Positions 17,179 to 27,531 are shown, numbered from the stretch's first letter. The stretch: 64,000 nucleotides of DNA from an uncultured delta proteobacterium (GCA_963767275.1 CAVYDL010000007.1:190420-254419), one strand, 5' to 3'. Made by a program: numbers and translations. Notes: generated from the letters alone by a model not told the origin.

Positions 17179-19210
17179 ATGGTCAAGAAGATCCCCACCC
17201 AGCTCGAAACCCATGGCCATGTGCGCGTGGACAATTACTATTGGCTGCGCGAACGAGACAATCCCGAAGTCATTCGCTACTTGAACGATGAGAACGCCCT
17301 TGCCGCCGACGCGATGGCGCATACTCAGGAATTTGAGAAAAAGCTTTTTGAAGAAATCAAAGGTCGGATCAAGCAAACCGATTTGTCCGTGCCGTATAAA
17401 CGCGAAGACTATTTTTATTACACCCGCTTCGAGGCGGGGAAAGAGTATCCAATCTACTGCCGCAAGCTGGCTGCGCTCGATGCGCCCGAGCAAGTGATGC
17501 TCGACGGCAATGCCTTGGCCCAGGGGCATGAGTTTTTCTCCATCGGCGGCACTGCGGTGAGTTCGGCGCAGGACCTGCTCAGTTATGCAACGGATACTCA
17601 GGGACGGCGGATTCACACGACCTATATCAAGCATTTGGCCACCGGCGCGCTACTGCCGGATGTGATCGCCAACGTTACGGAGAATCTCGCCTGGGGCAAC
17701 GACAACCGCACGCTGTTTTACGGCAAACAGGAGGAAACCACGCTGCGCCAGTATCAGATCTGGCGTCATATCGTTGGCACCGATGCGGCGACCGACCAGC
17801 TGGTCTACCAAGAAGACGACGAGACTTTCAGCGTGTACGTTTTTAAGACTAAATCCAAGCGCTACTTACTGCTGGTGTCGGCGCAAACGATTACCTATGA
17901 GTGTCGGTACCTCGATGCCGATGAACCGCTCGGTGATTTTAAAATTTTTCTGCCGCGAGCGCGCGGCCATGAGTATCAGATCGATCACATCGCTGACCGC
18001 TTCCTCATCCGCACCAATGATCAGGCGAAAAACTTTCGCTTGATGGCGACGCCGGTGGCGCAGCCGGGGCGCGAGTATTGGCGCGAGATCATTCCCCACC
18101 GCGACGATGTCTACCTTGGTGATTTCGAGCTATTCAAAGACTATATGGTTCTGGAGGAGCGGGCGCGCGGCCTGACACAGATCCGCGTCGTGCCGTGGTC
18201 GGGTAGCGGCGCCCATTATCTAGAATTTGCCGAGCCGGCCTACCGGGCGCATCTCGGCGCCAATATGGAGTTCGACACCAAGATCGTCCGGTTCGATTAC
18301 ACCTCGATGAAGACACCGCAGTCGATTTATGACTACGACGTGGACACGCGCGAGCGCAAATTATTAAAGCAAGAGGAAGTGCTCGGCGGTTTCAACGCCG
18401 ACGACTACGTCACCGAGCGGCTCCATGCGCGGGCCGCCGACGGCACCGCGATTCCGCTGTCCCTGCTCTATCGCAAAGGGCTTAGGAAAGACGGGCGGAA
18501 TCCAACACTGCTGTATGGCTACGGCTCCTACGGCGTGAGCATCGACGCCGCCTTCGCGTCGCCGCGCTTGAGTCTGGTCGATCGCGGTTTTGTCTATGCC
18601 ATCGCCCATATTCGCGGCGGCCAGGAGTTGGGCCGCCAATGGTACGATGATGGCAAGCTGTTGAAGAAGAAAAACACCTTTACCGATTTCGTCGCTTGCG
18701 CGGAGTTTTTGATTAGCGAACGCTTCACCAATCCGGAAAAACTGTTCGCCATGGGACGCAGCGCCGGCGGTTTGTTGATCGGCGTGGCCACCAACTTACG
18801 CCCTGACTTATTCAAAGGTGTCGTCGCCGAGGTGCCGTTCGTCGACGTTGTGACCACCATGCTCGATCCGTCGATTCCGTTGACCGCCGGCGAATATGAC
18901 GAGTGGGGCGATCCGCACAACAAAGAGTTTTACGACTACATGTTGTCCTACTCGCCCTATGACAACGTCGCGAGGAAACCCTATCCGGCCATGCTGGTCA
19001 CCGGCGGCTTGCACGACTCCCAAGTGCAGTACTGGGAGCCGGCCAAGTGGGTGGCGAAACTTCGTGAGCTGAAGACCGATAGCGAACCCTGTGCTGCTCA
19101 AGACCAATATGGACGCCGGCCACGGCGGCGCCTCGGGACGTTTCCGGCGCCATCAGGAGACCGCGTTCTCCTATGTGTTCTTGCTCGACCTGGCGGGGAT
19201 CCGGGAGTAG
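17179..19210 (+). CDS. ptrB: Oligopeptidase B, S9A (extra base near 19084)
   Basis: HGHVRVDNYYWLR, GRSAGG nucleophile, HDSQV; shifted tail LLKTNMDAGHGGASGR ends at TAG 19210. Confidence 0.93.
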
Positions 19211-19326
19211 CGCCGACTTAAAAAACCTTGCAGGCGTTGTCGATGTCTAGTTGGTGAGCAGCAATCCAATGGCTTTTGTTTGAGCCGGCAAGGTTCCCGG
19301 TCGTCGGCGCCGAAGCAGGAGCGCGC

Positions 19327-19860
19327 TTATTGGTTCAACCAATATCTGGTGAATTCTTGCAGGAAGGTCAGTGTCGATAAATCGTTCATGCGGTCCAGAT
19401 AGACCTTCCCGTTCAAATGATCGTACTCATGCTGGATCACCCGGGCGTGGAAGTCCTTGGCGACGAAGTCGAGTTTGTTGCCCTCGCGATCGAGGGCGGT
19501 GACGTGGATGCGTTTGTAGCGCGGCACTTGTCCGCGCAGGTCGGGTATACTGAGACAACCTTCCCAGTCTTCTTCCATGTCATCCGATAGCGGCGTGATC
19601 TGCGGATTCACCAGCACGGACAGCGGCACTTTGCCTTTATTGGGGTAGCGCGGGTTGTCGGCGACTTCGAGCACGGCGAGCTGTTTCGATGTAAACACCT
19701 GATCCGCCGCCAGCCCGACACCGTCGTACTCTTTCATGGTCTCGATCATGTCGTCGATGAATCGCTGCAGCGCCGCGGTCTTTAGTTCTTTGACGGAAAC
19801 ATTATCCGTAACTTTGCGCAGCACCGGATGTCCCAAGCGCGTAACTTTAAGAATGGCCAT
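19327..19860 (-). CDS. def: Peptide deformylase
   Basis: GVGLAADQ, EGCLS, QHEYDHLNG. Confidence 0.95.
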   Translation of the reverse strand: MAILKVTRLGHPVLRKVTDNVSVKELKTAALQRFIDDMIETMKEYDGVGLAADQVFTSKQLAVLEVADNPRYPNKGKVPLSVLVNPQITPLSDDMEEDWEGCLSIPDLRGQVPRYKRIHVTALDREGNKLDFVAKDFHARVIQHEYDHLNGKVYLDRMNDLSTLTFLQEFTRYWLNQ

Positions 19861-19944
19861 GGGGAGTTTTTTAACATAGGCGCCAAGCGGGAAAAAGAGC
19901 GGCGGCGCGGGATCGGCGATTCTGTTTTTTTGCAGGTCCACGAT

Positions 19945-20035
19945 CTAAGCTGCTGCGCTAATTGTTAGCTTCAGACGATCGACTGGCCCGCAAGTTGGAA
20001 GGCCTTGAAGAAGAAATGCGACAACAATTCAACTG
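19945..20035 (+). pseudogene. Degenerate remnant resembling the C-terminus of ORF6N-domain proteins
   Basis: Reads LLASDDRLARKLEGLE then, with indels, KKCD.QF; compare recalled consensus LAS..ELARKLE.LEKKYD.QF. Confidence 0.4.
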
Positions 20036-20250
20036 AGGTTGATCCCAGGTTTCCGCAATCCCGGGAAGGTGGAGTCTGCCGAACACGCGGACTAGTTTCC
20101 CTAGCTTTGGTGGCTCGCGCCTGGTCAATTTCTGGTTCGCACCGATCTCGTTCGCATGTGATCGGCGCGGCCGTTTTTTTGACAACTCTGCCGGCATTCG
20201 ATAATTCGCAAAAGCTGGTATACTGATTTTTCGCTGGACGGCCGAGAAGG

Positions 20251-20535
20251 GTGGATAAATTGTTTAAACCTTCGATTAAAATGTTTTTGGCGATGGTTCT
20301 GACCTGCGCTGGATTACCGGCTTGCGCCCCACTGAAAGAAACGGGTCGAACCATCGGTCACACGACGCGTGACGTGACCACGGGAATAGGACACGGGGCT
20401 CGAGATATTACCAGAGAGATCGGCCATGGCACCCGGGACGTAGTTCGCGATATCGGTGAGGGAACGCGCGATGCGACTAATGCCGCGGCTGGGGAAGTGA
20501 AAAAGGTCGTGAAACCGTCCCCGTCGGAGTATTGA
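20251..20535 (+). CDS. Small lipoprotein with four 11-aa repeats
   Basis: Lipobox-like LPAC; IGHTTRDVTTG / IGHGARDITRE / IGHGTRDVVRD / IGEGTRDATNA. Confidence 0.8.
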   Translation: MDKLFKPSIKMFLAMVLTCAGLPACAPLKETGRTIGHTTRDVTTGIGHGARDITREIGHGTRDVVRDIGEGTRDATNAAAGEVKKVVKPSPSEY

Positions 20536-20808
20536 ACCGCTGGGTGGGTCGTGCGCTGGCAGCGAGCGCAAGCACCGACGATGTGTTTTTATTCAAGCCG
20601 CGATTAAAGCGATGCACGGGCGTGTGTTCCACGTCACGCGCCTACGCTGAGAGACCGGTGCAATTCCGAGCCTGCAACGTTCCCCTAATAGCCCAACAAT
20701 TATTTATTTTTTGATCGGCGCCCATCGTAAGTCTGCGCCGGCGCTGTGTTGATTGGCGCTTCACTTTTCACGATGAAATCCCTGGCGCGACTCTTAACGC
20801 AAGCTATC

Positions 20809-20838
20809 TTGACATAGTAGACCTAACGAGTCTATATT
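20809..20838 (+). promoter_or_regulatory. Sigma70 promoter overlapped by an IscR/Rrf2-type operator
   Basis: TTGACA (20809-14), 18 nt, TATATT (20833-38); ATAGTAGACCTAACGAGTCTATAT contains a TAGAC/GTCTA dyad. Confidence 0.65.
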
Positions 20839-20883
20839 TAAAACGTGAAACGAGGGAAGCCAAAAAGCGAACGCAGCTCGTTA

Positions 20884-21336
20884 ATGAACGTCGGACGGCG
20901 GGTCGATTATGCGGTGCGGGCGTTGTCTTTTTTAGCGGGGCAGCCGGCGGTCGCAATCGTCAGCCGGGCGGAAATAGAGAAGAGTCAGGATATTCCATCT
21001 TTTTATCTCTCAAAAATCATGAAGGACCTGGTCGCCGGCGGATTGGTTCAGTCGCATATCGGCTCGAAAGGCGGCTTCACTCTGGCCAAGCAGGCGGTGG
21101 CGATTACAATTAAAGATATTTACGAGGCGGTGGAGCGGCCGCTGGTATTGATGGAGTGTCTCGAACAGGGTGAGAATTATTGTTCTTACTGTGCGGTGTG
21201 CACGCAAAAATCGATCTGGGAAGAGGCGCAGTCGGTGCTCGCCAACTTTCTCGCCGGCGTTACCATTGCCGATATCGCCGACCGCCAGGGCTTGAAGGCG
21301 CGCATGCTCAAGGCGCCCATGCAAAAAGCGGTTTAA
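20884..21336 (+). CDS. Rrf2 family Fe-S transcriptional regulator
   Basis: DYAVRAL, YLSKIMKDL, GSKGGFTLA, Cys cluster C-x8-C-x2-C-x2-C. Confidence 0.92.
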   Translation: MNVGRRVDYAVRALSFLAGQPAVAIVSRAEIEKSQDIPSFYLSKIMKDLVAGGLVQSHIGSKGGFTLAKQAVAITIKDIYEAVERPLVLMECLEQGENYCSYCAVCTQKSIWEEAQSVLANFLAGVTIADIADRQGLKARMLKAPMQKAV

Positions 21337-21359
21337 CCAGTAAGATATAAGGATAGCGA

Positions 21360-22118
21360 ATGTTAGAGATCAAAAACCTGCATGCCACAGTCGGCGACAA
21401 GGAAATTCTGCGCGGCATCGATCTCAATGTCGGCGCCGGCGAAGTGCACGCAATCATGGGACCTAATGGTTCGGGGAAAAGTACATTGGCTCATGTCCTC
21501 TCAGGTCGGGAAAACTACCAAGTCACCGGCGGTACGGTGACCTATCAAGGTAAAGATCTATTGACAATGGCGCCGGAGATCCGGGCGCGCGAAGGCATCT
21601 TTCAGGCGTTTCAATATCCTATCGAGATTCCCGGTGTTTCGACGACCTATTTTCTCAAGGCGGCACTCAACGCCGTGCGCAAACATCGTGGTTTGGACGA
21701 ACTCGATGCCATGGAGTTTCTCAGCTTGATCAAGGACAAGATGAATCTGGTGGAAATGAGTCAGGCGCTGCTCAACCGTTCGCTGAACGAAGGTTTTTCC
21801 GGCGGCGAAAAGAAGCGCAATGAAATTCTTCAGATGGCGGTGCTCGATCCGACCCTCGCCGTGCTCGATGAAACCGACTCGGGGTTGGATATCGATGCCC
21901 TGCGGGTTATCGCCGGCGGCGTCAATGCGCTGCGTAACCCCAACCGCGCGATGATCGTGATTACCCACTACCAGCGGCTGCTCGATTACATCGTGCCGGA
22001 CTTCGTCCATGTGCTCTACAACGGCCGGATCGTCAAGTCGGGCACCAAAGAACTGGCGTTAGAGCTGGAAAGCAAAGGTTACGATTGGCTCAAGGGTGAA
22101 GCTGCCGCGGTTCATTAA
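21360..22118 (+). CDS. sufC: Fe-S assembly ATPase SufC
   Basis: GPNGSGKST, FSGGEKKRNE, LDETDSGLDIDAL. Confidence 0.97.
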   Translation: MLEIKNLHATVGDKEILRGIDLNVGAGEVHAIMGPNGSGKSTLAHVLSGRENYQVTGGTVTYQGKDLLTMAPEIRAREGIFQAFQYPIEIPGVSTTYFLKAALNAVRKHRGLDELDAMEFLSLIKDKMNLVEMSQALLNRSLNEGFSGGEKKRNEILQMAVLDPTLAVLDETDSGLDIDALRVIAGGVNALRNPNRAMIVITHYQRLLDYIVPDFVHVLYNGRIVKSGTKELALELESKGYDWLKGEAAAVH

Positions 22119-22140
22119 ACGCGCCAAAGCGACTGTGCAT

Positions 22141-23460
22141 ATGGCCACTTCTGAAAACAAGGAATCTTATATCGCCGCCTTCAGGAAGCTGCGCGCGGGC
22201 GGAGCGCTGGCCGGACCGATATGGCTTGAACAGCTGCGCCAAGCTGGCATCGCCAGCTTTGAAGCGATGGGCTTTCCGACGCTCAAAAACGAAGACTGGA
22301 GATATACCAGCGTCGAGCCGATCGCGACGCAGTCCTTCGCCCTGGCCAATGGTGAAGCGAAATCGATTATCGGTGCCGAGGTGTTCTCCCGCGCACTGAT
22401 CGAAACCGACGCGCCGCGGCTAACCTTCGTCAATGGCGTTTACTCGGCGGCGCTGTCCAACACGACAAGCCTGCCGCAGGGTTTGCGGCTTGGGCCGCTG
22501 GCAGAATTCATCGATCAGGGTGACGCTAGCGTGGCCGCCCAACTCGGCCAGCTTGCCCGCGCCGAGCAGCAACATTTCGTCGCCCTCAACAGCGCGTTTC
22601 TTGGCGATGGCGCGGTGGTTTCGTTGGCGCCGGGCTGCCGTCTGCCGCGGCCTGTCTATCTATTGTTTGTTTCTACCGCTGGAGCGCAGCCGGTGATTTC
22701 GCAGCCGCGGATTTTACTTTTGCTCGGCGCCGGCAGCGAGGCGAAGATCGTCGAGAGTTATTTAGGCGTGAGCGGCAAGGCATATTTTTGCAACGCCGTC
22801 ACCGAATTGGTCGGGGCTGAGGACTCCATCGTCGAGCACTACCGCTTGCAGCAGGACAGCGAACTCGGGTTTCACGTCGGCACGTTGGCGGCGAGTTTGG
22901 CGCGGAACTGTCATCTGACCGCCCACGCGGTGACTCTGAGCGGCGCGCTGGTGCGTAACAATGTTCGCGTGCTGTTGAACGGCGCGGGCGCGGCGTGCGT
23001 GCTCAATGGACTTTACCTCGCCGACGGCAAACAGCATGTCGACAATTACACTTTAATCGAGCATGTCAGCCCACGGGCGTCGAGCCTGGAATTGTACAAA
23101 GGGGTGCTCGGCGGCGCAGCCCACGGAGTCTTCAACGGCAAAATCATCGTCCACAAAGACGCCCAGAAGTCCGACGCACGCCAGACCAACAAAAATTTAT
23201 TATTGTCGGATAGCGCGGTCATCGACACCAAACCGCAACTGGAAATTCATGCCGACGATGTCAAATGCAGCCATGGCTCGACCATCGGCCAGCTCGATGC
23301 CGATGCGATATTTTATCTGCGCTCGCGCGGCTTGGATGTGGCGGCGGCGCGCAGCTTGTTGAGCTTTGCCTTTGCCAGCGACGTGGTGCGCCGGCTGGGT
23401 ATCGAACACTTGCGCCAGCGTTTGGACGCGTACTTGGTCGGGCGATTCGGAGCATGGTGA
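22141..23460 (+). CDS. sufD: Fe-S assembly protein SufD
   Basis: FPTLKNEDWRYT, NKNLLLS, TKPQLEIHADDVKCSHG. Confidence 0.95.
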   Translation: MATSENKESYIAAFRKLRAGGALAGPIWLEQLRQAGIASFEAMGFPTLKNEDWRYTSVEPIATQSFALANGEAKSIIGAEVFSRALIETDAPRLTFVNGVYSAALSNTTSLPQGLRLGPLAEFIDQGDASVAAQLGQLARAEQQHFVALNSAFLGDGAVVSLAPGCRLPRPVYLLFVSTAGAQPVISQPRILLLLGAGSEAKIVESYLGVSGKAYFCNAVTELVGAEDSIVEHYRLQQDSELGFHVGTLAASLARNCHLTAHAVTLSGALVRNNVRVLLNGAGAACVLNGLYLADGKQHVDNYTLIEHVSPRASSLELYKGVLGGAAHGVFNGKIIVHKDAQKSDARQTNKNLLLSDSAVIDTKPQLEIHADDVKCSHGSTIGQLDADAIFYLRSRGLDVAAARSLLSFAFASDVVRRLGIEHLRQRLDAYLVGRFGAW

Positions 23461-23467
23461 AGTTCCT

Positions 23468-24730
23468 ATGAAGGCAATGTCGCACAAAACCGATGGGGTC
23501 GTGGCTTCAGAGAAATTTGACGTCGCCCGGGTGCGCCAGGACTTTCCCATCCTGAGCCGTAAGATTCACGGCAAGCCGCTGGTCTATCTCGACAACGGCG
23601 CCACCAGCCAAAAGCCGCAGTGCGTGATTGACGCGATCGATCACTATTACCGTGCGGAAAATTCCAACATCCATCGCGGTGTGCATCACTTGAGCGAGCA
23701 GGCCACGGCGGCCTATGAAGCCGCCCGCGGCAAACTGCGCGGTTTTATCAACGCCGGGTCGGATCGGCAGATTATCTTTGTGCGCGGCACCACCGAGGCG
23801 ATCAATTTGGTGGCGCAGAGTTACGGCCGATCGTTTTTGAAAGCGGGCGACGAGATTATTGTCTCGGCCATGGAGCATCACTCCAACATCGTGCCGTGGC
23901 AAATGCTGTGCGAGCAGGTCGGCGCCAAGCTGCGGGTGATTCCGATCAACCATGACGGCGAGATCGTCATGGAAGAATATCATCGCTTGCTCAACGACCG
24001 AACCCGGTTCGTTTCGGTGACCCATGTCTCCAATGCGCTTGGCACCGTGGTGCCGGTGAAGGAGATTATCTCCCTGGCCCATGAGCGCGGCGTGCCGGTA
24101 ATGCTCGACGGCGCCCAGGCGGTACCGCACTTGAAAATCGACGTGCAGGATCTCGATTGCGACTTTTACGCCTTCTCCGGTCATAAGATGTTTGGCCCGA
24201 CGGGAGTCGGGGTGTTGTACGGCCGTACTGAACTGTTGGAAAAAATGCCGCCGTATCAGGGTGGCGGCGATATGATCAGTCTCGTGACTTTTGAAAAAAC
24301 CCACTACAACGTCCTGCCCTACAAGTTCGAGGCGGGCACGCCGAATATCGCCGATGGCATCGCCTTGGGCGCGGCTGTCGACTATTTGCGCGCCCTCGAT
24401 TGGCCGGCGGTTGTCGCCCATGAGGACGCGTTGCTGCATTACGCCACGGCGGCGTTGGGACAAATCCCCGCACTGCGCATTATCGGCACTGCCAAGGAAA
24501 AAGCCGGGGTGCTGTCATTTATTTTCGACCATGTCCATGCCCATGACGTCGGCACGATCCTCGATCAGGAAGGCGTCGCAGTGCGCGCCGGCCATCATTG
24601 CGCCATGCCGGTAATGCAGCGTTTCGGCGTGCCGGCGACGGCCCGGGCGTCCTTCGCGCTTTATAATACCACCGAAGAAATTGACGTGCTGGTGCGGGCC
24701 ATCGAGCGCGTCTTGAAGGTGTTTGGCTAA
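23468..24730 (+). CDS. sufS: Cysteine desulfurase
   Basis: YLDNGATSQKP, SGHKMFGP, RAGHHCA. Confidence 0.97.
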   Translation: MKAMSHKTDGVVASEKFDVARVRQDFPILSRKIHGKPLVYLDNGATSQKPQCVIDAIDHYYRAENSNIHRGVHHLSEQATAAYEAARGKLRGFINAGSDRQIIFVRGTTEAINLVAQSYGRSFLKAGDEIIVSAMEHHSNIVPWQMLCEQVGAKLRVIPINHDGEIVMEEYHRLLNDRTRFVSVTHVSNALGTVVPVKEIISLAHERGVPVMLDGAQAVPHLKIDVQDLDCDFYAFSGHKMFGPTGVGVLYGRTELLEKMPPYQGGGDMISLVTFEKTHYNVLPYKFEAGTPNIADGIALGAAVDYLRALDWPAVVAHEDALLHYATAALGQIPALRIIGTAKEKAGVLSFIFDHVHAHDVGTILDQEGVAVRAGHHCAMPVMQRFGVPATARASFALYNTTEEIDVLVRAIERVLKVFG

Positions 24731-25182
24731 TGTCGGAACTCGACGATCTCTATCAAGAAGTCATCCTCGACCACAACAAAAGTCCGAGGAATTTTCGCGT
24801 CATGAGCGCGGCCAATCGCCAAGCAGAAGGTTACAATCCGCTGTGCGGCGATCAGGTCACGGTGTTTCTCCAGGTCGAAGAGGGCGTGATCAAAGATATC
24901 AGCTTTCAAGGCTCGGGCTGCGCCATTTCCAAGGCTTCGGCGTCGATGATGACCACTGAGCTGAAGGGCAAGCCCGAAAGCGCAGCCTACGAACTTTTTG
25001 ACAATGTTCATCACATGCTGACCGGCGAGTCCTGTGATGCCAGCGGCGCCGAGCGATTGGGTAAGCTCGCGGTGCTTTCCGGTGTATGCAAATTCCCCGC
25101 GCGGGTGAAATGCGCCAGTCTGGCCTGGCACACCGCGAACGCGGCGCTCAAAGGCGAAAAGCAGCCGGCAAAGACCGAGTGA
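24730..25182 (+). CDS. sufU: SUF system NifU-type protein
   Basis: LYQEVILDH, NPLCGD, GCAISKAS, RVKCA. Confidence 0.95.
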   Translation: MSELDDLYQEVILDHNKSPRNFRVMSAANRQAEGYNPLCGDQVTVFLQVEEGVIKDISFQGSGCAISKASASMMTTELKGKPESAAYELFDNVHHMLTGESCDASGAERLGKLAVLSGVCKFPARVKCASLAWHTANAALKGEKQPAKTE

Positions 25183-25215
25183 TTCGGTCACTCGCAACCA
25201 AACGAGGGGATCCCG

Positions 25216-25764
25216 ATGGTAACTGACCAACCGATCATTCTTAAACGGGACTGCGCGGCGGTGATGGTGCCAAGCGGCGAACCGCTGGCGCTTCACGCCG
25301 GCGGCAAGGTCTGGCTCACCCAAGCGCTGGGCGGCGGCTACACCGTCATGACCGACCACGGTTATACGGTGCGCATCGATGGCCGCGATGGCGATGCCCT
25401 TGGTTTATCCGACGGCCAGTCGCCAAAGGTGGAAACGCCGACGGCTTCGGGCTCGGTGCAGGAGCGCGTGTGGGAGCAATTGCGCCGTTGTTTCGATCCG
25501 GAAATTCCCGTCAATATCGTCGATCTGGGACTGATCTATGACTGCCAGGTCGAGCCCCTTCCCGGCGGCGGCCATAAAGCGACGATCCATTTTACTTTGA
25601 CCGCCCAGGGCTGCGGCATGGGCGAATTTCTCAAAGCCGATATCAAGCGCAAGTTGCTCGAAGTGACCGGTGTGCGCGAGGCGGCGGTGGAGCTGGTTTG
25701 GGAGCCGCAGTGGAATCAGAGCCGCATGTCGGTGCACGCCAAACATCAACTCGGTATTGAATAG
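25216..25764 (+). CDS. sufT: Fe-S assembly protein SufT (DUF59 with N-terminal extension)
   Basis: TQALGG, DPEIPVNIVDLGLIY, TLTAQGCGMG. Confidence 0.9.
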   Translation: MVTDQPIILKRDCAAVMVPSGEPLALHAGGKVWLTQALGGGYTVMTDHGYTVRIDGRDGDALGLSDGQSPKVETPTASGSVQERVWEQLRRCFDPEIPVNIVDLGLIYDCQVEPLPGGGHKATIHFTLTAQGCGMGEFLKADIKRKLLEVTGVREAAVELVWEPQWNQSRMSVHAKHQLGIE

Positions 25765-25777
25765 CCACGAGAGCCCA

Positions 25778-26098
25778 ATGGAAAGCATCAATCAAACGAT
25801 TATCGAAGCCGAAGTCATCGAGGCGCTGCGGACCATCTTCGATCCGGAGATTCCGGTGAATGTTTACGAGCTCGGTTTGATCTACTTGGTGGAGGTCAGC
25901 AGTGAAGGCGCGGTGGCGATTCGCATGACGCTAACCTCGCCCCATTGTCCGGCGGTGCAGTCGATGCCGGCGGAAATCGAAGCCAAGGTGCGGACGATTC
26001 AGGGCGTCACCGATGTCTCCATCGATCTGGTCTGGGATCCGCCCTGGGATCAAAGTAAAATGTCCGAAGCCGCCCGGCTGCAGTTGGGCATGCTGTAG
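25778..26098 (+). CDS. Stand-alone DUF59 (PaaD/SufT-like) protein
   Basis: DPEIPVNVYELGLIY, TLTSPHCP, WDPPW. Confidence 0.92.
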   Translation: MESINQTIIEAEVIEALRTIFDPEIPVNVYELGLIYLVEVSSEGAVAIRMTLTSPHCPAVQSMPAEIEAKVRTIQGVTDVSIDLVWDPPWDQSKMSEAARLQLGML

Positions 26099-26162
26099 CG
26101 TTGTACCGTTCGACACGATCCGACAATAGCTAGCTTCGGGCTCATTCACGAATTCACTGATC

Positions 26163-26567
26163 ATGACCCCATTTGAGCAATTAGGCGGCGAAGTAAAACT
26201 TCGCGCCGTCATCGATACCTTCATCGACCGCGTGTTCGCCGATCGCATGATCGGCTTTTTTTTCCGCAACGCCGACAAAGCGCGTATCAAGGAAATGGAA
26301 TACCAACTCGCCGCGGGTTTTTTCGGCGCCCCGGTGGTATATCATGGCCGCCCCCTTGACCAGGTCCATGCCAAACATCCGATCATGGGTGGCCACTTCG
26401 CCAGAAGGCGGCAGATTTTGCGCGAAACCATCGAGGCCCATGGCCTGCCGGACGACATAAAAAAACTTTGGCTCGATCATACCGACGCACTGCGTCAGCT
26501 GATCACTCCGGAAAGTGACTCGGGGTGTGACCCCATCGCCGCCCGCGAACGGGTCAAAAGCGTCTAA
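26163..26567 (+). CDS. Group I truncated hemoglobin
   Basis: FEQLGG, V.D.F..RV.AD..I..FF, Y.GR.L..VH proximal His. Confidence 0.85.
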   Translation: MTPFEQLGGEVKLRAVIDTFIDRVFADRMIGFFFRNADKARIKEMEYQLAAGFFGAPVVYHGRPLDQVHAKHPIMGGHFARRRQILRETIEAHGLPDDIKKLWLDHTDALRQLITPESDSGCDPIAARERVKSV

Positions 26568-26667
26568 CCATGGAAGATTTTTGCATTTTCCCCCGCTTAA
26601 CAATTGTCCACGCTAGAACCTTGTGCTACTAATAGTAGGTAGAGTCGGGTAGTCATCTAGGACTTGT

Positions 26668-27531
26668 GTGAGATTAGCCGAGCTTTACAGCCAACCTAGC
26701 TTGACCCTATCGGTTGAGTTCTTTCCTCCAAAGACAGATAAAGGCGAGGAAAACCTCTTCAGCGAAATCGAGCTGATCAAGAGGATAAAGCCCGCCTTCT
26801 GTTCTGTTACGTACGGGGCGGGCGGAAGCACGCGCGAAAAAACCGTCGATATGGTCGACACGATCCATTCCGGTTGCGGTCTGGATGTCATGTGCCACCT
26901 AACCGTCGTCGGCCAATCGAAAGATGACGCTCGCGCCGTGCTCAGAAGGCTCAAAGAACACGGTATTGAAAATGTCCTCGCTCTCGGCGGCGATCCGCCC
27001 CAGGGCATGACCGATTGGCAGCCCCATCCTGACGGATTCCACTACGCCATCGAATTGGTTCGCGAGGCGTTAGCGATGCGGTGTTTTTGCGTGGCGGTGG
27101 CGGGCTTTCCAGAAGTTCATCCGCGGGCGGTCAGCCGGGAAGCTGATTTGCGCTTCCTTAAAGAGAAAGTCGATGCTGGCGCCGATGCGATCATCACCCA
27201 ACTTTTTTTCGACAATCAAGATTTCTACCGCTTCAGCGACGATCTGCGCAAGCTCGGCGTAACTGTGCCGATTATTCCCGGCATCTTGCCGCTGCAATCA
27301 GCGCCCCAGGTGCGCCGCTTCACCGCGCTTTGCGGTTCGAAGATCCCGGCGAAGCTGGAAGCAGAATTGGTGAATGTCGAAAACGATGACGACGCCGCGG
27401 TTGAACTGGGCATCGAATACGCCACCCGGCAGTGCGAGGAATTAATCAAGTTCGGCGTGTCCGGGCTGCATTTTTACACGTTAAATAAGTCATACTCGTT
27501 ATTGGCGATCCATCGCAATCTCGGTCTCTAA
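26668..27531 (+). CDS. metF: 5,10-methylenetetrahydrofolate reductase
   Basis: SVEFFPPKT, SVTYGAGG, ITQLFFD, LHFYTLN. Confidence 0.96.
   Translation: MRLAELYSQPSLTLSVEFFPPKTDKGEENLFSEIELIKRIKPAFCSVTYGAGGSTREKTVDMVDTIHSGCGLDVMCHLTVVGQSKDDARAVLRRLKEHGIENVLALGGDPPQGMTDWQPHPDGFHYAIELVREALAMRCFCVAVAGFPEVHPRAVSREADLRFLKEKVDAGADAIITQLFFDNQDFYRFSDDLRKLGVTVPIIPGILPLQSAPQVRRFTALCGSKIPAKLEAELVNVENDDDAAVELGIEYATRQCEELIKFGVSGLHFYTLNKSYSLLAIHRNLGL

Noticed and set aside
22141-23460. Calling this gene sufB
   Set aside because: C-terminal motifs are SufD-type; SufB-type motifs such as EHEA were not seen
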